DNA of 63,956 nucleotides, filler included, from Sphacelaria rigidula (GCA_964200075.2; 3 parts of 3 records of this genome joined end to end with filler, not necessarily neighbours in it), one strand, 5' to 3'; positions 10,410 through 23,221 are shown, numbered from the whole stretch's first letter. Numbers and translations are program-made. The notes: generated from the letters alone by a model not told the origin.

Positions 10410-11957
10410 TCAATCGTTTTGTCGATCGTTGACTACCATAGACAGCATCTGGGCCATGGTGTGGTTAAGTCTTTCAGTACCACCGTTACCATTAGCGTGG
10501 TAAGCGCTTGTGGCTATCTTTCGAATGCCCAGGAGCGTATACAGTTCGTCCGAGAGATCGGAGCAAATTTGCTGACCATTGTCGGAGAGAAGTCGTTTCG
10601 TGCAACCATAGTGCTTCATATAGTCATGAACTATGATATTAGCTGTGCCCGTTGCTGTGAAGTCTCCAGCGGTGACTGCGTACATGGCTGCATGACGGCT
10701 GAAGCGGTCGGTAAAGAATAAGATGTAGATGATGTTGCCACGGTCAGTGGGCGGTAAAGGACCAAAATAGTCGAAAGACACGAGTTGACCAGGAGCGTTG
10801 GGAAGTGCCATCGTAATAAGTGGCCGACGTATAGTCTGTCGTGAGGTTTTGCGAGCTTGACACTTCAAGCAGCGCCGAATCCAGAAGCGGGTGGACACTT
10901 CCATAACTATCCACCAGTAGAAACGTTTGAGTAACGCTAATGTGCGCGTGACACCAAGGTGGCAAGACAGGTCAGTGTGGCAGCCTTTCAGTATACACGG
11001 TCGCATCAATAAGGGGATATGTATCCGAGTGGGTTCATCGTCGAGTAGGCGTGCATGGCGTCCAGTGAGCGCGGGTGAAGTTACAACCTGCTGGGGCATA
11101 GGACGGCGGACAAGCGATTTGATTCCGTCATCAGTCGTGAAGATCGTACCTTTACGTGCGAGTTTGTACACCTCAGCGGCGTTTGGTGGTGGCAGTGTGC
11201 CAATCGGGGCCAATAAATTGGCCGGGATAGGAGCAGGGCAGCCAGCACGGAGGTACCGCATGGTTGCGCGGCATAATGGTTCTGCTTGTTGTTCACAAGC
11301 CCAGTCACGTTGGGAGTAACTGGCGAGAAATTCGCGCAGTTGGCTTTCCGCCGGAGAGCCGACCAGACATGGTGGCTCAGGAAGCGGTGGAACAGGCGAC
11401 GGGGGGGAGATGCCAACGTCGATGTGAACATCGGAAGCATCAGAAGGGGTGGGCACTGACGGGACCGCGGCAGGCGGCGATGTCGGAGTATTGCGCGCCG
11501 GAGATCGCGCTCGGCGCTTGTTGTGAGAACTGCGCGTGGCGGGGATTGTCAAGGCTCGTGGTGCGGTGTTGCGGGGAGCCGGCGCTGCGCTGCTTGCTGG
11601 AGCAGTAGGTGTTGTCGATGGCGGTGGGGCGCGGGGAGGGTTAGCGCGGGCGGCAGGCCGAGAGCGCGTGTTGACGGAAATGAGATGGACGACTGGAGGT
11701 GGCGAAACTGCAATGTTTGCGCGAGGACTGATAGTACGGAAATCAGCGAAATCGGCGTCGGTGGGTTGTAGCCCATTCAAGACTGCATCATACGGTAGGG
11801 AGCGGGGGCCGCCCATGTGCATACCCGTCTCTGGGCAATGAAGGTCAAGGGCATAAATGGGCGTGGAGAAACGCCGGATTGGATACACGCCAGGTTCATC
11901 GGGTTCAGTTAGTCGACAAGCGGGGCTGAAATCCACAGCCGTTGGAGGGAGGGGCAA
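10410..11957 (-). pseudogene. pol: Gypsy pol: Pro-rich linker plus integrase (zinc-binding HHCC and DDE core)
   Basis: CHTDLSCHLGVTRT...CLKCQ; SFDYFGP, LLSDNGQ and NGGTERLNHT. Confidence 0.9.
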
Positions 11958-13240
11958 GCAGGAGAAAAGGTCAGCATTTCCGTTGGTTTTGCCAGGGCGA
12001 TGTCAGTATACTGATAAGCTGTCAGGAACTCCAGCCAGCGTTGCACACGCGGGTTATGTTCCCCAACTTTGGCGAGTTGTTCAAGTGCTCTGTGACCCGT
12101 GTAGATTTGGAAAGGCACATGGAACAAATATTGTCGAAGGCGCGTTATGGCCCAAGTGATGACTCCGCCTTCCAGCTCCAGTGGACTCCAGTTGGCCTCG
12201 TTTGGAAGGGTGGTGCGACTGATATAGAGGATGGGTCGAATAGAGCCATCGAGTTGAGGCTGATTCAGGACCGCGCCGAGCCCGTCTGTGCTCGCGTCTG
12301 TATGTAGTTGAAAGAGGCGAGAGCCGTCTTGTACGGCATCCCAGTCCCGGAAATAAAGGACCGGTTTTTCGGTGAGCGTTTTCAGCAAGTCACGCACGAT
12401 AGCTTCCATATCTTTGGTGAAGACAAACCCGGCGCTTGTTTTTAGCAAGTCCGTAATCGGGCGAACCCGTTTGGACAGGTTAGGCAAAAATTTGCGATAA
12501 TAGGACAGTCCACCTAATAATGAGCGGAGCTGAGTAATGTTTGTTGGCATTGGCAATTCAGTCAATGCCCTGACTTTGTTGCTTTCGGGGTGTAGACCCG
12601 CCGGTGAAATTGAGTGTCCCAAAAAGTCCAATTCAGTCGCACCAAGGCGAGCTTTGGATGGAGACGGTTTCAAATCATGTTTCCGCAGTCGAGAAATAAA
12701 CTCTCGTAAGGTGTGCACACGCGCGAGAGGGGAGGCATCGAATGCGATAGCGTCGTCCAAGTACATGATGACGTGTTCGACATTCTCGGTACCGCGTTGC
12801 ATTAAGCGTTGAAAACAACCTGGTGCAGTGGCGGCACCTTGTGGCATGCGGAGCCATTCGTAGAGCCCAGAAGATGTGCAGAACGCTGTCAGTGGGACTG
12901 TATCAGGGTGGATGGCGTTCTGGAAGAATCCAGAAGCGAGGTCGAAGGTACTGAATATTTTTCCTTCGCCTAGAGAGTCGAAGACTTCATCTATGCGGAG
13001 AATGGGAAGTTTTCCCACTACAGTAACGCGATTCAACCGTTGATAACTCACGGTGATGCGTATGTTCCCATCATTTTTGGGGACTACCACTAGCGGTGAA
13101 GCCAACGGAGAAGAGGAATGTTGGGTTAATCCGGCAGCTAAGTACGCATCTCAAATGGCGTTAACGATTTTGGTAAGGATGGGGTTCGTCCGATACGGTC
13201 GAGAAGAGATTGGCGAAACGCCAGGTTAAAAGGTGATTTC
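11909..13240 (-). pseudogene. pol: Gypsy pol: reverse transcriptase and RNase H
   Basis: ASPLVVVPK, STFDLASGFFQ, YEWLRMPQG, YLDD, DFLGH, LHTDAS and ELE motifs. Confidence 0.95.
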
Positions 13241-15128
13241 TAAGGGCAGCATTTGCAATGCACCAGATCCGTTTTTGATCGAGAAAATCTGTCTTGGTAT
13301 TCCAATAAAACATCGCTCAATTCTTTGATTACAGCGGGTTCCCAACCGGGTCCATCTAGGTCAAAATTGATGTCACGTAAATGGGGTGGAAGTTGATCCC
13401 ACATGTGCAAGAAAGTTGTCCGAGATTCTGGTGATAGGCGTTGCAGCACTTCAGCAGGAGGGTCGGACGTTGACGGTGCAGGGTCCACGGTGTGAATACG
13501 TGATGGAGAGGAAGATGTTACGTCGAAGTAAGGCTCATCGACGAAATTGACAGAGCCGTCCGTCGGAGGCGCTGGGTTGGGCGAAAAGGGTTCAGTGGCA
13601 CATGTCTCAAGTGGGATGTGCATGAGGGGAGCAGCAGCAATACCCAAAACATCTCCGGGTTCCAAGTTGGCGTGACTTGTGAGTGGCAAAAGTTGTTTCC
13701 CTACGGAGACGAAGTGTTCTGTGCCGGCAGGCGCACCAACCCGAGAAAGTATTTCAGCGAGGTAATGTCCCGTAAGGGCAGACATGCCATTTCGGCGAAC
13801 TAAGGCAAATTTTAACAGTTGTGGATCATCGGAGAGGATAACACCAGTTGTACCATCGTATCGAAGGTGGTAAGCAGCTCCGGTAGCTTGTTCATTTTTT
13901 TGATAGGACAAGGCGCCGTGAAGAGTACCGAAATGTTCAAGGTTGAATTCTCCACGAGGCGCAGACTGTGGCGATAATGCTGGTAGCGTGCGGTAGGTAC
14001 GTTGATCGAACCGCATGTAACTATCTCGGCCCATGAGTAAGGCGTGAGCCATGGTGCTGTCGGGGACAACATATGCCCGGACTACAAGGCTGGCAGAACG
14101 AGTTGTATCGTGAAAGAATTGCACACTGAGACGAACTGATATTCGTGTGGTCAAAGGTGTGGTGGACTCACCAAAACCGCCCCATACTCGAGGTTTGGTG
14201 GTGATTTCGCAAGTTGCTGAAGCAGCGCCAACCTGTTTCATATGTTCTCACATTGATTCACCAATAAATATTTATGGGCTGCCGCTGTCTAACAAAGAGA
14301 CGCATTTGGCCGTCGTGGTTGCGTATGGTCCGCAATGGAGCGCTACGCGAGTAGGAAAAGTAGCAGGGTCAACAGACACTTTACCGCAGACAAGATCCGG
14401 CCGTGTTCAGCCAAGGTAAATTGATCGGAATCAGTAGCGCTGACGGCGAAAACGGAGGGCGAGTGATCCGCCGGGGGATCAACTTTCTCACCAGAACGTT
14501 TGGTGGATGATGTGTAGTCCCTAGGGTGAGCACAGCTCGGCTGGTCATTAGCAATTTCATATATGACCGTGTTGGGAAGGAAGGGATTAACGTCTAAAGT
14601 AGACCCGTCTTGTTCAGTGTAGTCCGCAGAAGAGGTACAAATATCCGAAATATCTGATTTGGATTCTTCTAGGACACTTGATAAATTCATCGAGCTCAAA
14701 GTCGTCGCATATTGGAGAGCGTGAGGTCGAGGTTTTCCGCTCGAGGGAGGTGTACGTGTTGCTGCGCGCGCTTCAGTGGGGGCATGTTCACGGGGCTTCC
14801 TCTCTCGCCGTGACAAAGGGCGGGGAACGTCCAAAGTGTTTGGGGAAAATCCAACTGCGTCCAGTTGAGTGGATGGGGTCAGCATCGGGGCATGCTCGGG
14901 CGAAGCTCGTGGACTGTCCGCTGGCAAGCTTGGCTGAGGAGCCATAGCCGAAGGTATAGTAGGATGGTTTATGTGGGAATCATTCAGGGGTAGCTTCGCA
15001 TGGTGCAATGAACGCGAAAAATAAACTCGTTCGACCTGGGTGGATGTTACCTGGTCCGAAGCGGTATAAATTCTTACCAGCGACACTTGAACCAGTCGAG
15101 TAAATAATACTACTGCCTGTGCGTACAC
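13240..15128 (-). pseudogene. pol: Gypsy pol N-terminus with aspartic protease
   Basis: Active-site LLDSGS read on the minus strand at ~14277-14295 and followed by in-frame stops; downstream ALLMGRDS motif. Confidence 0.75.
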
Positions 15129-15218
15129 TACTGCCGTTCGTTCCGCGGTTGATGTTGAATCAGTCCTCGTGTGTGCTGTCGGCGGCGCCGAAGACGTAAA
15201 AATGCCGGCGTCGGCATG

Positions 15219-18200
15219 TCATGGATCGGTACGATCAGTCATGAAGGAGTCAGGGTTTCTGGCGTTGCGGTTCGAGTGATTGTGATGCGGCCCCGTGCGC
15301 TGGTGCCTATCGGCGGAATTACGGTGACGGTGAGAAGAGCTCTCTCTTCGCTGAGAGCCAGAGTTGTCGTAGTTGTTGGGACGACTTTCGCGATTCGAGC
15401 GAGTGTTGTCGCGGTTGTTGAAAGGGCGGCGAAAATGATGGTTGGGTGTACGGTATTCACGCATGCGTTTCTGCCATCGGCGCCATGCTGGCTCATTGTC
15501 CTGCAGCTCAGAGTTCATGAGGCCGAAAGAGTTGATACAAGGGCGAGTATAATCGCGCATACTTTGCCCTTGGGTGTTGCAATTAATGCAGCTATTTGCG
15601 TGGCGGCTGAAGGCCTCGTGTCTGGCAGCAGACGAGAGGAGGGGGTTCCACAGATGTGGGTCATCTGTAGTAAACGCAGACTTAGATACAGTGTAGACAT
15701 CATCCCAAGTCTCGGTGGAGTATGGCCATCCGTCAAAGGTGGCGGTGGACGGATCCCTCTTATTTGCAACGCTCATGACGGAGCCGGCCACGGAGGCGGG
15801 CACCCACGAGGAACGAAGCGAAGTGTGAGACCGATGACGGGACCCTGAAGGGGTCGAAGAAGGCGTAGAAGCAGACTGGAAACGAGCTGATGTATACTTT
15901 TCGCCGCGAATGGCCAGCGTCAAATTATTTTCTTGATGAACAAACGCACGCCACATCGCATCCACAGAGGGATAAGGCACTTCGCGGTGGGCTAAAGCAC
16001 CTGGTAACAGCGACGGCATTAGTGTTGGGAACTGCTCGGAAACACTATTCCTCACATATGATTGACACATGGCGTCTGATGGGCCAGTCTGGCGACCTAC
16101 TCCCATAGTACTAGAAACGAGAAGCTTGAATTCTCGGAGGTAGTCCGCAAAGGGGACATCTGTTGCGATACCAAAAGAACTAAGTCGTTGGATAGCACTC
16201 CCTTGAGTGCTGCGATCGAAGTAGCCGGTCAAGCGGCGCTCCAGATCACGGAGTAAATCCGGGCCTGACATCCCCGAGGCGCGGTCTGCATCCATAGCGA
16301 CCATGAAACCATCAAGGACTTGTGTCAAAGCAGCGGCAGTGTCGGGCGAGCGGCGGTTGATGGCGCGGTGCAGAGCTTTGTGGAGCGGAGTATGCCAACC
16401 ATCAACCCAGTTGAAATTTTCGAAACGTTGAGCACCCGTAGAGTCTGCTAGCTGAAGAATGTTTTGAAGAGTGCGGCGTATAGAGGTGATTAGAGCAGAA
16501 GTGAATTGTCCCGAGTCTTCGTTGTCTACTGCAGACATGGATTTCACATGCCAAAGTTTTTTCACGTCCATTTGGATGTATTCTCTGTGAATGGCGGTGG
16601 TGCGGGCGGATCCCGCTCGAGCGGGGGCTGCTGCTGCACTAGCAGCGGCTTGCTCTCGCTCGGCGGCAGCGGCAGCCAGAGTGCGAGCCGAAGTGGAAAA
16701 TACCGTTTTATCCGAGATATCGTCCGAAAGGCCTGAAATCTGGCGCGAAACATCTGTTAAACGCGGTGTAGCGCGACTTCGGGTGGTAGAAGTCAACGCA
16801 GGCGAGTGTGTGGCAGGCCGAATGCTGGGGTTGGCGGAAGAAGAGCTCGACGAGCCGTTATTCTGATGTGTCTGGTTCAAACCGGTGGTGGGACGAGTTA
16901 CACGGTGTGGTTGATTTTTCCCAGAGGAGGAGCTTGAACCTCCGCGGTGGTTGTGAGAATCACCGCGGTGATTGCACTCATGGTCGGCAACATCATGTCT
17001 GTCGCGTCGGCGGCGAGGAATCACCGAGATCCAGTCGCCATCAACTTGGGTTGTGGCAGATTTGGAGGCGGCGCGCAATGCGTCGGAGAGCTCGACAATG
17101 GACAGTTCGTAAGGGGTGGTGGTTTGTTCGATGTGGCGGACTAATTGACCAATGGTGATCGAAAAGAGACCATCGGAAGGGTAGGCCCCGCCGTGTTCCA
17201 AGTAGGAAGCGGCCGCGTTTTGGAGTGGTCGAACGAGCGCTAGCCAAGCGTCGCGAGAGCTTTGCAAAGGATTCGAGGGGGTGTATTTGCCCGCAAGAGT
17301 CTGCACAGAAAGCGTGAACCAAAGGATGTCATCGCAGTGGAGGAAGAAGCGGCGCAGTTCAGCACTGCTGTCGGGGCGGGCGGTCGATGTAGGGGTGGGT
17401 GGGGATGGCGTGCGGTGGGAGCGAGGAACAACTACGGCGTGAGAGGCGCGTGAGCGCTCCTCCTTTAGTTCGCCGAGAGGAGCGTGATACTCCTCGGTGG
17501 AAAGTGGAAACGCCGCTGCATCTGTGTGGCGATGCGGATTAACGAGATCATTCATGGCCGGTGCGTAGTCAGCATAGTAGCGGATGAGTTGTTCCTGGGC
17601 AGTGCGATTATGGTCCATGAAAATACGCGGGAGCAGCCCGAAGGGGCAGTGCTCCGGACCCAACTGTGGGCGGTCTTGCCGCGATGAAGGCGTAGGGTTG
17701 GAAGCGTGGCAGTAGATGCCGGGGGGGTTGAAACGGGTGCGGGTGCGGGTGCGCAAGGAGCCCGGAAACCAGTATGGGTACCACTATCGGCGTCAGTATC
17801 GGCGGCGGTGGCAGTCGCAGCGGTGGTGGCAGCGGGGGCTGGGGCCGGGACAGCAGAAACTGTGTGTTTGGGGGGCGCAGTGGGGGGCGGAGATGCGGGG
17901 TTGTTCACGAGTATTTGTACTGTGCGCTGTAAATCGGCAAGTTGTCGCCGCAAGGAACGGATGACTGCAGCGTCAGAGCGGGAAGACCTATCGCGTGTGA
18001 GAGCACGGCGACTGCGATGGCGTGAGTCGTAGGGCGGTTGGTCGCTGGAATGCGCGATCGACGATTCTTCTGCAGAAGGGAGATCTGAACAAAATGTCCC
18101 TAATAGCGTCCGCGTGCACAGTAACATCATTACGTGGGGATCGCCGACGTGAAGAAACCCTTGAGGCTGTTGAAATACGGGAGGAACGAGAGGTATGTCT

Positions 18201-19127
18201 CGAATTGTCGTCACGCGCAGTCATCCGTCGAGCGGGGGTGGTTATGTTGTGTCTGGGGGAAGGCAGGCGTGGCGGTGTGGGTGAAAGCCGAGGTCCGGTG
18301 GGGGTGGGCGTGGTTTGGCGGGGCTGGACACTGTTGGCTGCTTGCATGTCGGCGAAGGCACAAGGAGAGCGGAGCAAGGTATTGCATGGAACTTGCAGTG
18401 CTGTGCCTATACTAACGTCCGGCACAGGGGCTGGTTCCAGATTTATGCCAGAAGCAGCCGCTGGGGCCGAAGACGGGTGTCCTGAGTTGGGCAAAGCAGA
18501 AGTCGTAACATTTGTCAACAAATCATGATCAGCCGGGGCACGAAACGTAGCCGCGGGTGTTGACAAAGTGTGTGTCGGCAGGGCAGCGCGGGCAGTAGTG
18601 CCAGCAGTTGGGGGTCCGAACGTGGGTGCCACCTGCACGCCGGAATGATCTTGGACTGAAGCTTGTGCACGAGATCCGGGCAGGCAGGAGAGGCAAGGGG
18701 TGGAGTTGGGGCCACGGGTAACACCAGCGTGGTTGGGGGGTGGGTTGGGGCCACGGGTAACACCGGCGTGGTTGGGGGGTGGAACACACGGTGTGTCCAA
18801 GTGGGTCCAGTGTCGACGGCTGCGTCCGATGGGGTGTGTGCTGCGACGGGTGCCACCGGCGTCGTCAAGGGTTGGAACACAGAGCGTGTGTGCGAGGGGT
18901 GGTCACGGATGGGGATGATGAGGGAGGGGTGGAAGTGTACGAGAATCCGAGCTATGATCGGAATCGGAGCTGGGAGGGGGCGATGGGAACTGCACGGGTT
19001 GTTCCTCAAAAACGATGGATCGAGCAGCACTCGAGGGTTGTTTCCGTAAGGCTGGAGAAGAATCAGCCTCGGGTCCGGAAAAAGTAGAAGATCCCTTAGT
19101 TTGGCTCCGCGTACGGCGGGGCGGCAT
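15219..19127 (-). pseudogene. gag: Very long gag-like ORF1 with Pro/Ser/Arg-rich N-terminus, broken by a stop and two frameshifts
   Basis: The ATG at 19127 (MPPRRTRSQ) is in frame with ORF 17988-18800. Capsid-like FADYLREFKLL and a decayed knuckle CINCNTQGQSMRDY lie in ORF 15219-17756. Confidence 0.7.
18706..18782. repeat. 39-bp tandem duplication encoding PPPNHAGVTRGPN twice
   Basis: GTTGGGGCCACGGGTAACACC(A/G)GCGTGGTTGGGGGGTGG occurs twice. Confidence 0.85.
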
Positions 19128-20158
19128 AGCTCCCGTTTTGGGGGAAGAAGCGGTATTGATTCATTGCGACATGTGTGAAGCGTATACAGCGTCTACGGAG
19201 CGATACGTTCAGAGAACCCAGAGCAAGAAGCGAAAGCCAATACGTGATTTTTTTCTTTGTTTATTTCATTCATTTATTTTGAATCACGAATGTGCGATAG
19301 GGTATGTAATAGCCACAATACAGAGGCAGAGGACCAATAAAAGGTAATCACTGATTGTCTCATTGACACGCAACTTAAAACCGGAAAGTGGTAAAAACAT
19401 CGGAAAGGCAGCCTGTAATAGTGCAGCCTAGGTGGATGCGGGACAATTACAAATGGTCCAGCGGAACACTCCGCGAAAGGCGGCGGATGCGGTGGACAAA
19501 GTTGAACTGCCAGGGTCAAAATTGTAAGTGATTGACCACGATCGCCGAGTTTCGACGCCGCACACTACTGAAACAGCGGCAAGTAACAATAGCAATTCGG
19601 CAGCTACTAAGTGCGGCTGTGCACCGCCCCCCCCAAAAAAAAGAGAGGAAATATGTGTGGGCAGATGGGATGGGGAAAGTGGAGCAAATTCGGGGATATC
19701 TGCCGAAAACAATGTACATCTCTTGAACAAAATGGGGCAGATAGGTTTCCGGTACCGAGAAAAAACAACGGAGTACAGGTTCACAGTCGGGTGGCCAATA
19801 CAGTAAAATTGCGTGGCCAAAGAAAAAGTCGCAGAGGAGACAGTGCGAACGCAGTAGAAGTAGCGCGTGGAGGAGCGCGTGCAAAACGCGATTCAAGCGA
19901 AAGTCTGCTGCTGAAAATCGCTGCACGGAACGAATAGCAGAGTACGCTCCGTTGGGGCAACTGTGTGTGCGCGTATACGGTACGGTGAGCTACTATAAAA
20001 AACAATCAAGCGAATGAAAAGCAAATGACTCACAAAACAAAATGCAAGACAAAGCAACAGCAAGAGGGGGAAAACGGCAAGTAGAGGGTAGTACAGACAG
20101 TAGATAGGCAAACTACTGCTCTGCTCTGGAAGGGAAAACACTCTAGCAAGCAGATACT

Positions 20159-20173
20159 CCAAGTCGAACGCCA
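20159..20173 (-). promoter_or_regulatory. Putative primer-binding site of element B
   Basis: TGGCGTTCGACTTGG begins 2 nt after the 5' LTR on the minus strand. The cognate tRNA was not identified. Confidence 0.65.
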
Positions 20174-20175
20174 AT

Positions 20176-20578
20176 TGTTAAAGTGTTAAGCAGGATGCAC
20201 CCTCTTGGTGCAAGCCAGTCGAGGTCGGATACGTCGAAGGCCAACGCTGGCAGTTCTGTCCTCACAAGGGATCGGGCTACAGACGTGTCCAAATGAGTCA
20301 ACACCACAATAGCTTCATGCAGTAAGCTATACCCACTTAGTACAAAAGACTCTTGTTCACTCGTATTCGTTATCGCTCCTTTCAATGCTCTCTCAGCTGC
20401 TCTCCGGCTATAGCAATGGCTTAACAATCGGCTCCACCCGGGCGAGTACATGGCGGGAGGGCTCGATGACCCATCTCTGTACTTTTTATCAGTCTCACAT
20501 CCGGCCTAGTCAAGCTTGATCAGACCCGCAACAACGGAATCCCAGATTCGATCATAGACGCCTCCTAGCTTCATGACA
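20176..20578 (-). repeat. 5' LTR of element B (403 bp)
   Basis: TG...CA termini; direct repeat of 7944-8352. Confidence 0.95.
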
Positions 20579-21495
20579 CCGGAACCAAAAGTATACGAAT
20601 ATACGACTGGAGAACAAAATATACCCATCTCCTCAACAAGGGGCCGGTTCGCAAACCGACATATGAACTCCGGAACAAGTGAATATCGCATGTGCCAACA
20701 CGTTGTACCACAGGAGCCACAACTCGAGTTATATCTTCATACCACAACTGATCATACCCTGCACGAACGTTACACTTCGTAAAATTACCGGAGACATGGC
20801 GACTTTTGGCACACATAATGACTGAGGATGGCCGGTTTGCTGAACCGACAACAGACGATGGGAACCATATTATTGCCGCACGTTTCACACACTCACGTCA
20901 AGGGTCCTACGACATATTACATCAATGCAGCTTTTGAGGTGGTGTAAATAGCCGGCATTGGCCACCATAGACACGCCCGACCGTGTATCAGCGGACCCAC
21001 TCAGTTCAACGGCCGCCATCCTTTTTTTCGGCGCGTTTTCGTAACCGACCACGATAAGGTAATGAGAAGGGGAGGGAAAATGGAGAGACGAGGACGAGGT
21101 AGAGAAGGAGTAGTGGCACGGCTATCACTTTGGCGTTCTCCATTTCCCCGTCTCAAACATGTCGAATACTTCGTACAGAAAAATAGTATAACAGGGCACT
21201 TACGTCGACCTCACCACTGGGCTACTCCAAATAATGTATATCTCCTCCATCCAGTAACGTGAGTAAGACGGACAGAAAGTCTGTGTCGAACTCACATACA
21301 CCAATTGCATATCATTTGAATCGTGTGGTCATTGACGAGTCTACTCCCCATGTGCTGATTCGCAAAACCAACCACGAGACAAACTTAATGACTGAAAAAT
21401 GAATAGCATATGTCTTGTATACAACAAATTGTGCGAATTGAGGTTTAACTCCGAGATGAGGTTCAAGCCTAAAACAGCGTTTTCCCCACACTTTC

Positions 21496-21595
21496 NNNNN
21501 NNNNNNNNNNNNNNNNNNNNNNNNNNNNNNNNNNNNNNNTTAATTAATTAANNNNNNNNNNNNNNNNNNNNNNNNNNNNNNNNNNNNNNNNNNNN
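21496..21595. other. Artificial scaffold spacer
   Basis: 44 N + TTAATTAATTAA (stops in all six frames) + 44 N. Confidence 0.95.
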
Positions 21596-21958
21596 AAATC
21601 GGACACCGTTAAGGGCTCGTATGAACATAACGGACTTTACTTATGGGACAGAGGAAGTACCATATCATGGTGAAACACGGTCCACGGAAACGAGAACGAC
21701 TTCGTGCTATTTTTGTTCCTTTGAATTATCCAAGGAAAAGCGAAGACCCGATCATATATATAAGGAGCATAAACTCGTGAAGCGTGGTCCATTCGTTTGT
21801 TCAACGTGCTCTTTTCCCTTTTTCCTTCAATAGATATTGACCACACCAGCGTCGAGCGTTACGGGTTCTATGCTGATAGCCACACCATTTTAGAACAACG
21901 GTTTTCGAATCCGTGCGCAGGGATAGTCCCTTTCGAAAGCCTAGCACATACAACTAAC

Positions 21959-23221
21959 CCGCGGCGCGATGACGGGCTGTACGTATGGCGCGTCTTCAAC
22001 ACTCCCGTCTTCCTCCGATACTTTCTTCTTGCTGCCGAGAGGTCGTCCCCTCCCTCGCCTTTTGGACTTGGGGGGCTCGGTCCCGTTTGGGTCGTGGAAG
22101 CCACTACCGTTGTTATTGCCGTCGGTGTTGCGAGGGAAAGCCGCGGTTGCCGCGGTTGCCGCGGTTGCCGCAGCCGTCACGCCGGCCGCCGCGCTGGCGG
22201 CCGCGGTTGTGTAGGGACGGCTACCGGTCGCGGCTGGCGCCATGGCCGTCGTCTGACCAACATTAACGTCAACTCCACTACTTGGTGCCGCCGACAGCGT
22301 TCCGTTTTGACTAATACTACTGACGCTACCGTTGTGACTAGTAAATTGGGACTGAACGCAGTCACTAGGAGGCGAAGGCGTCGCCGCCGGCGATGCAGCT
22401 TGTGGAGGTGCCACGGCTGTGCTACTGGCAGCGCTAACCGACGGCACTGGTGGTGGTGTTGCTGTCACCAGCGTACTTGGAGCACCGTCACTTACGCCCA
22501 CGCTATCCTGTGCCACAGCGACAGCGGGAGTAGCGCAGGTCGGCGCTGAGTTCTGCGGGCTCGTGGCGCTCACCACAGGCTGCGGAAGTTCTAGCACTAG
22601 CGGAAGACAAGATGGCCCTGCGCAGGTCGGCGGCAACGAGGCGGGGGCGGTTGTGTCGGCTACAGCAGAGGCGTCGCCCGGCGTCGGTACAGTCGCATCG
22701 GTACATTCGTTACAGCCGAGAGCGGCCGTTGTGAAGTTTGGGGTGGTGGTTGCCTCTGTTGGTGGTGGTCGGGTGTGCTGCTTCTCCTGTTGAGGGCAGA
22801 GAGCCGAGGAGAGCGAGGCGGGTGGCGGTGGGGGTGTAGCGGCAGGGATTTTATCTTCGTCGCTGCTGCTGCTGTCCAGTGCGATAGCCATGGCGGGGGT
22901 GGTGCCGAAAGCCAAAGAAGAGGCGGCCCGCGGCGTCACAAGGGCGACATCGGGCACGGCGGCGATGTTGGCGGCGGAGCATGACGACGCGCTAGTGTTT
23001 ACGGTGTTGGAGGCGGGGATGACCGGGGGTTGTTGTGCGGAAGGGTTCGGGATCGCGGTCGTTGCTGATGATTGTAGCTCGCTTGCTTTTCTTTTCAACG
23101 GTGATAACTCGGACCCACCGTCAGGAACCATCAATGGCTCCGAGCCATTCTCCATTACAGGTGGTGGAGCTGCTGGTCTCACCACCGGTGGTAGGACCGG
23201 TGGCGCGTTTGGGGCCAACAT
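21959..23221 (-). CDS. Large low-complexity exon of a host gene with an AT-hook-like motif; downstream exons not found before the gap
   Basis: 421 open codons rich in Ala/Pro/Ser/Thr, with KSKRRGRGRPLGSKKK. Donor CGG|gttagt at 21958. The start ATG is inferred and the exon may extend to ~23300. Confidence 0.7.

Larger units (their letters stand above)
7944..20578 (-). mobile_element. Full-length decayed Ty3/Gypsy LTR retrotransposon B (chromovirus-like)
   Basis: Two LTRs (7944-8352 and 20176-20578), CCGG duplicated at 7940-7943 and 20579-20582, PBS-like and PPT-like sites, and gag-PR-RT-RNaseH-IN order with several stops and frameshifts. Confidence 0.95.

Noticed and set aside
21540-21551. 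TTAATTAATTAA palindrome
   Set aside because: Assembly linker, not biological.
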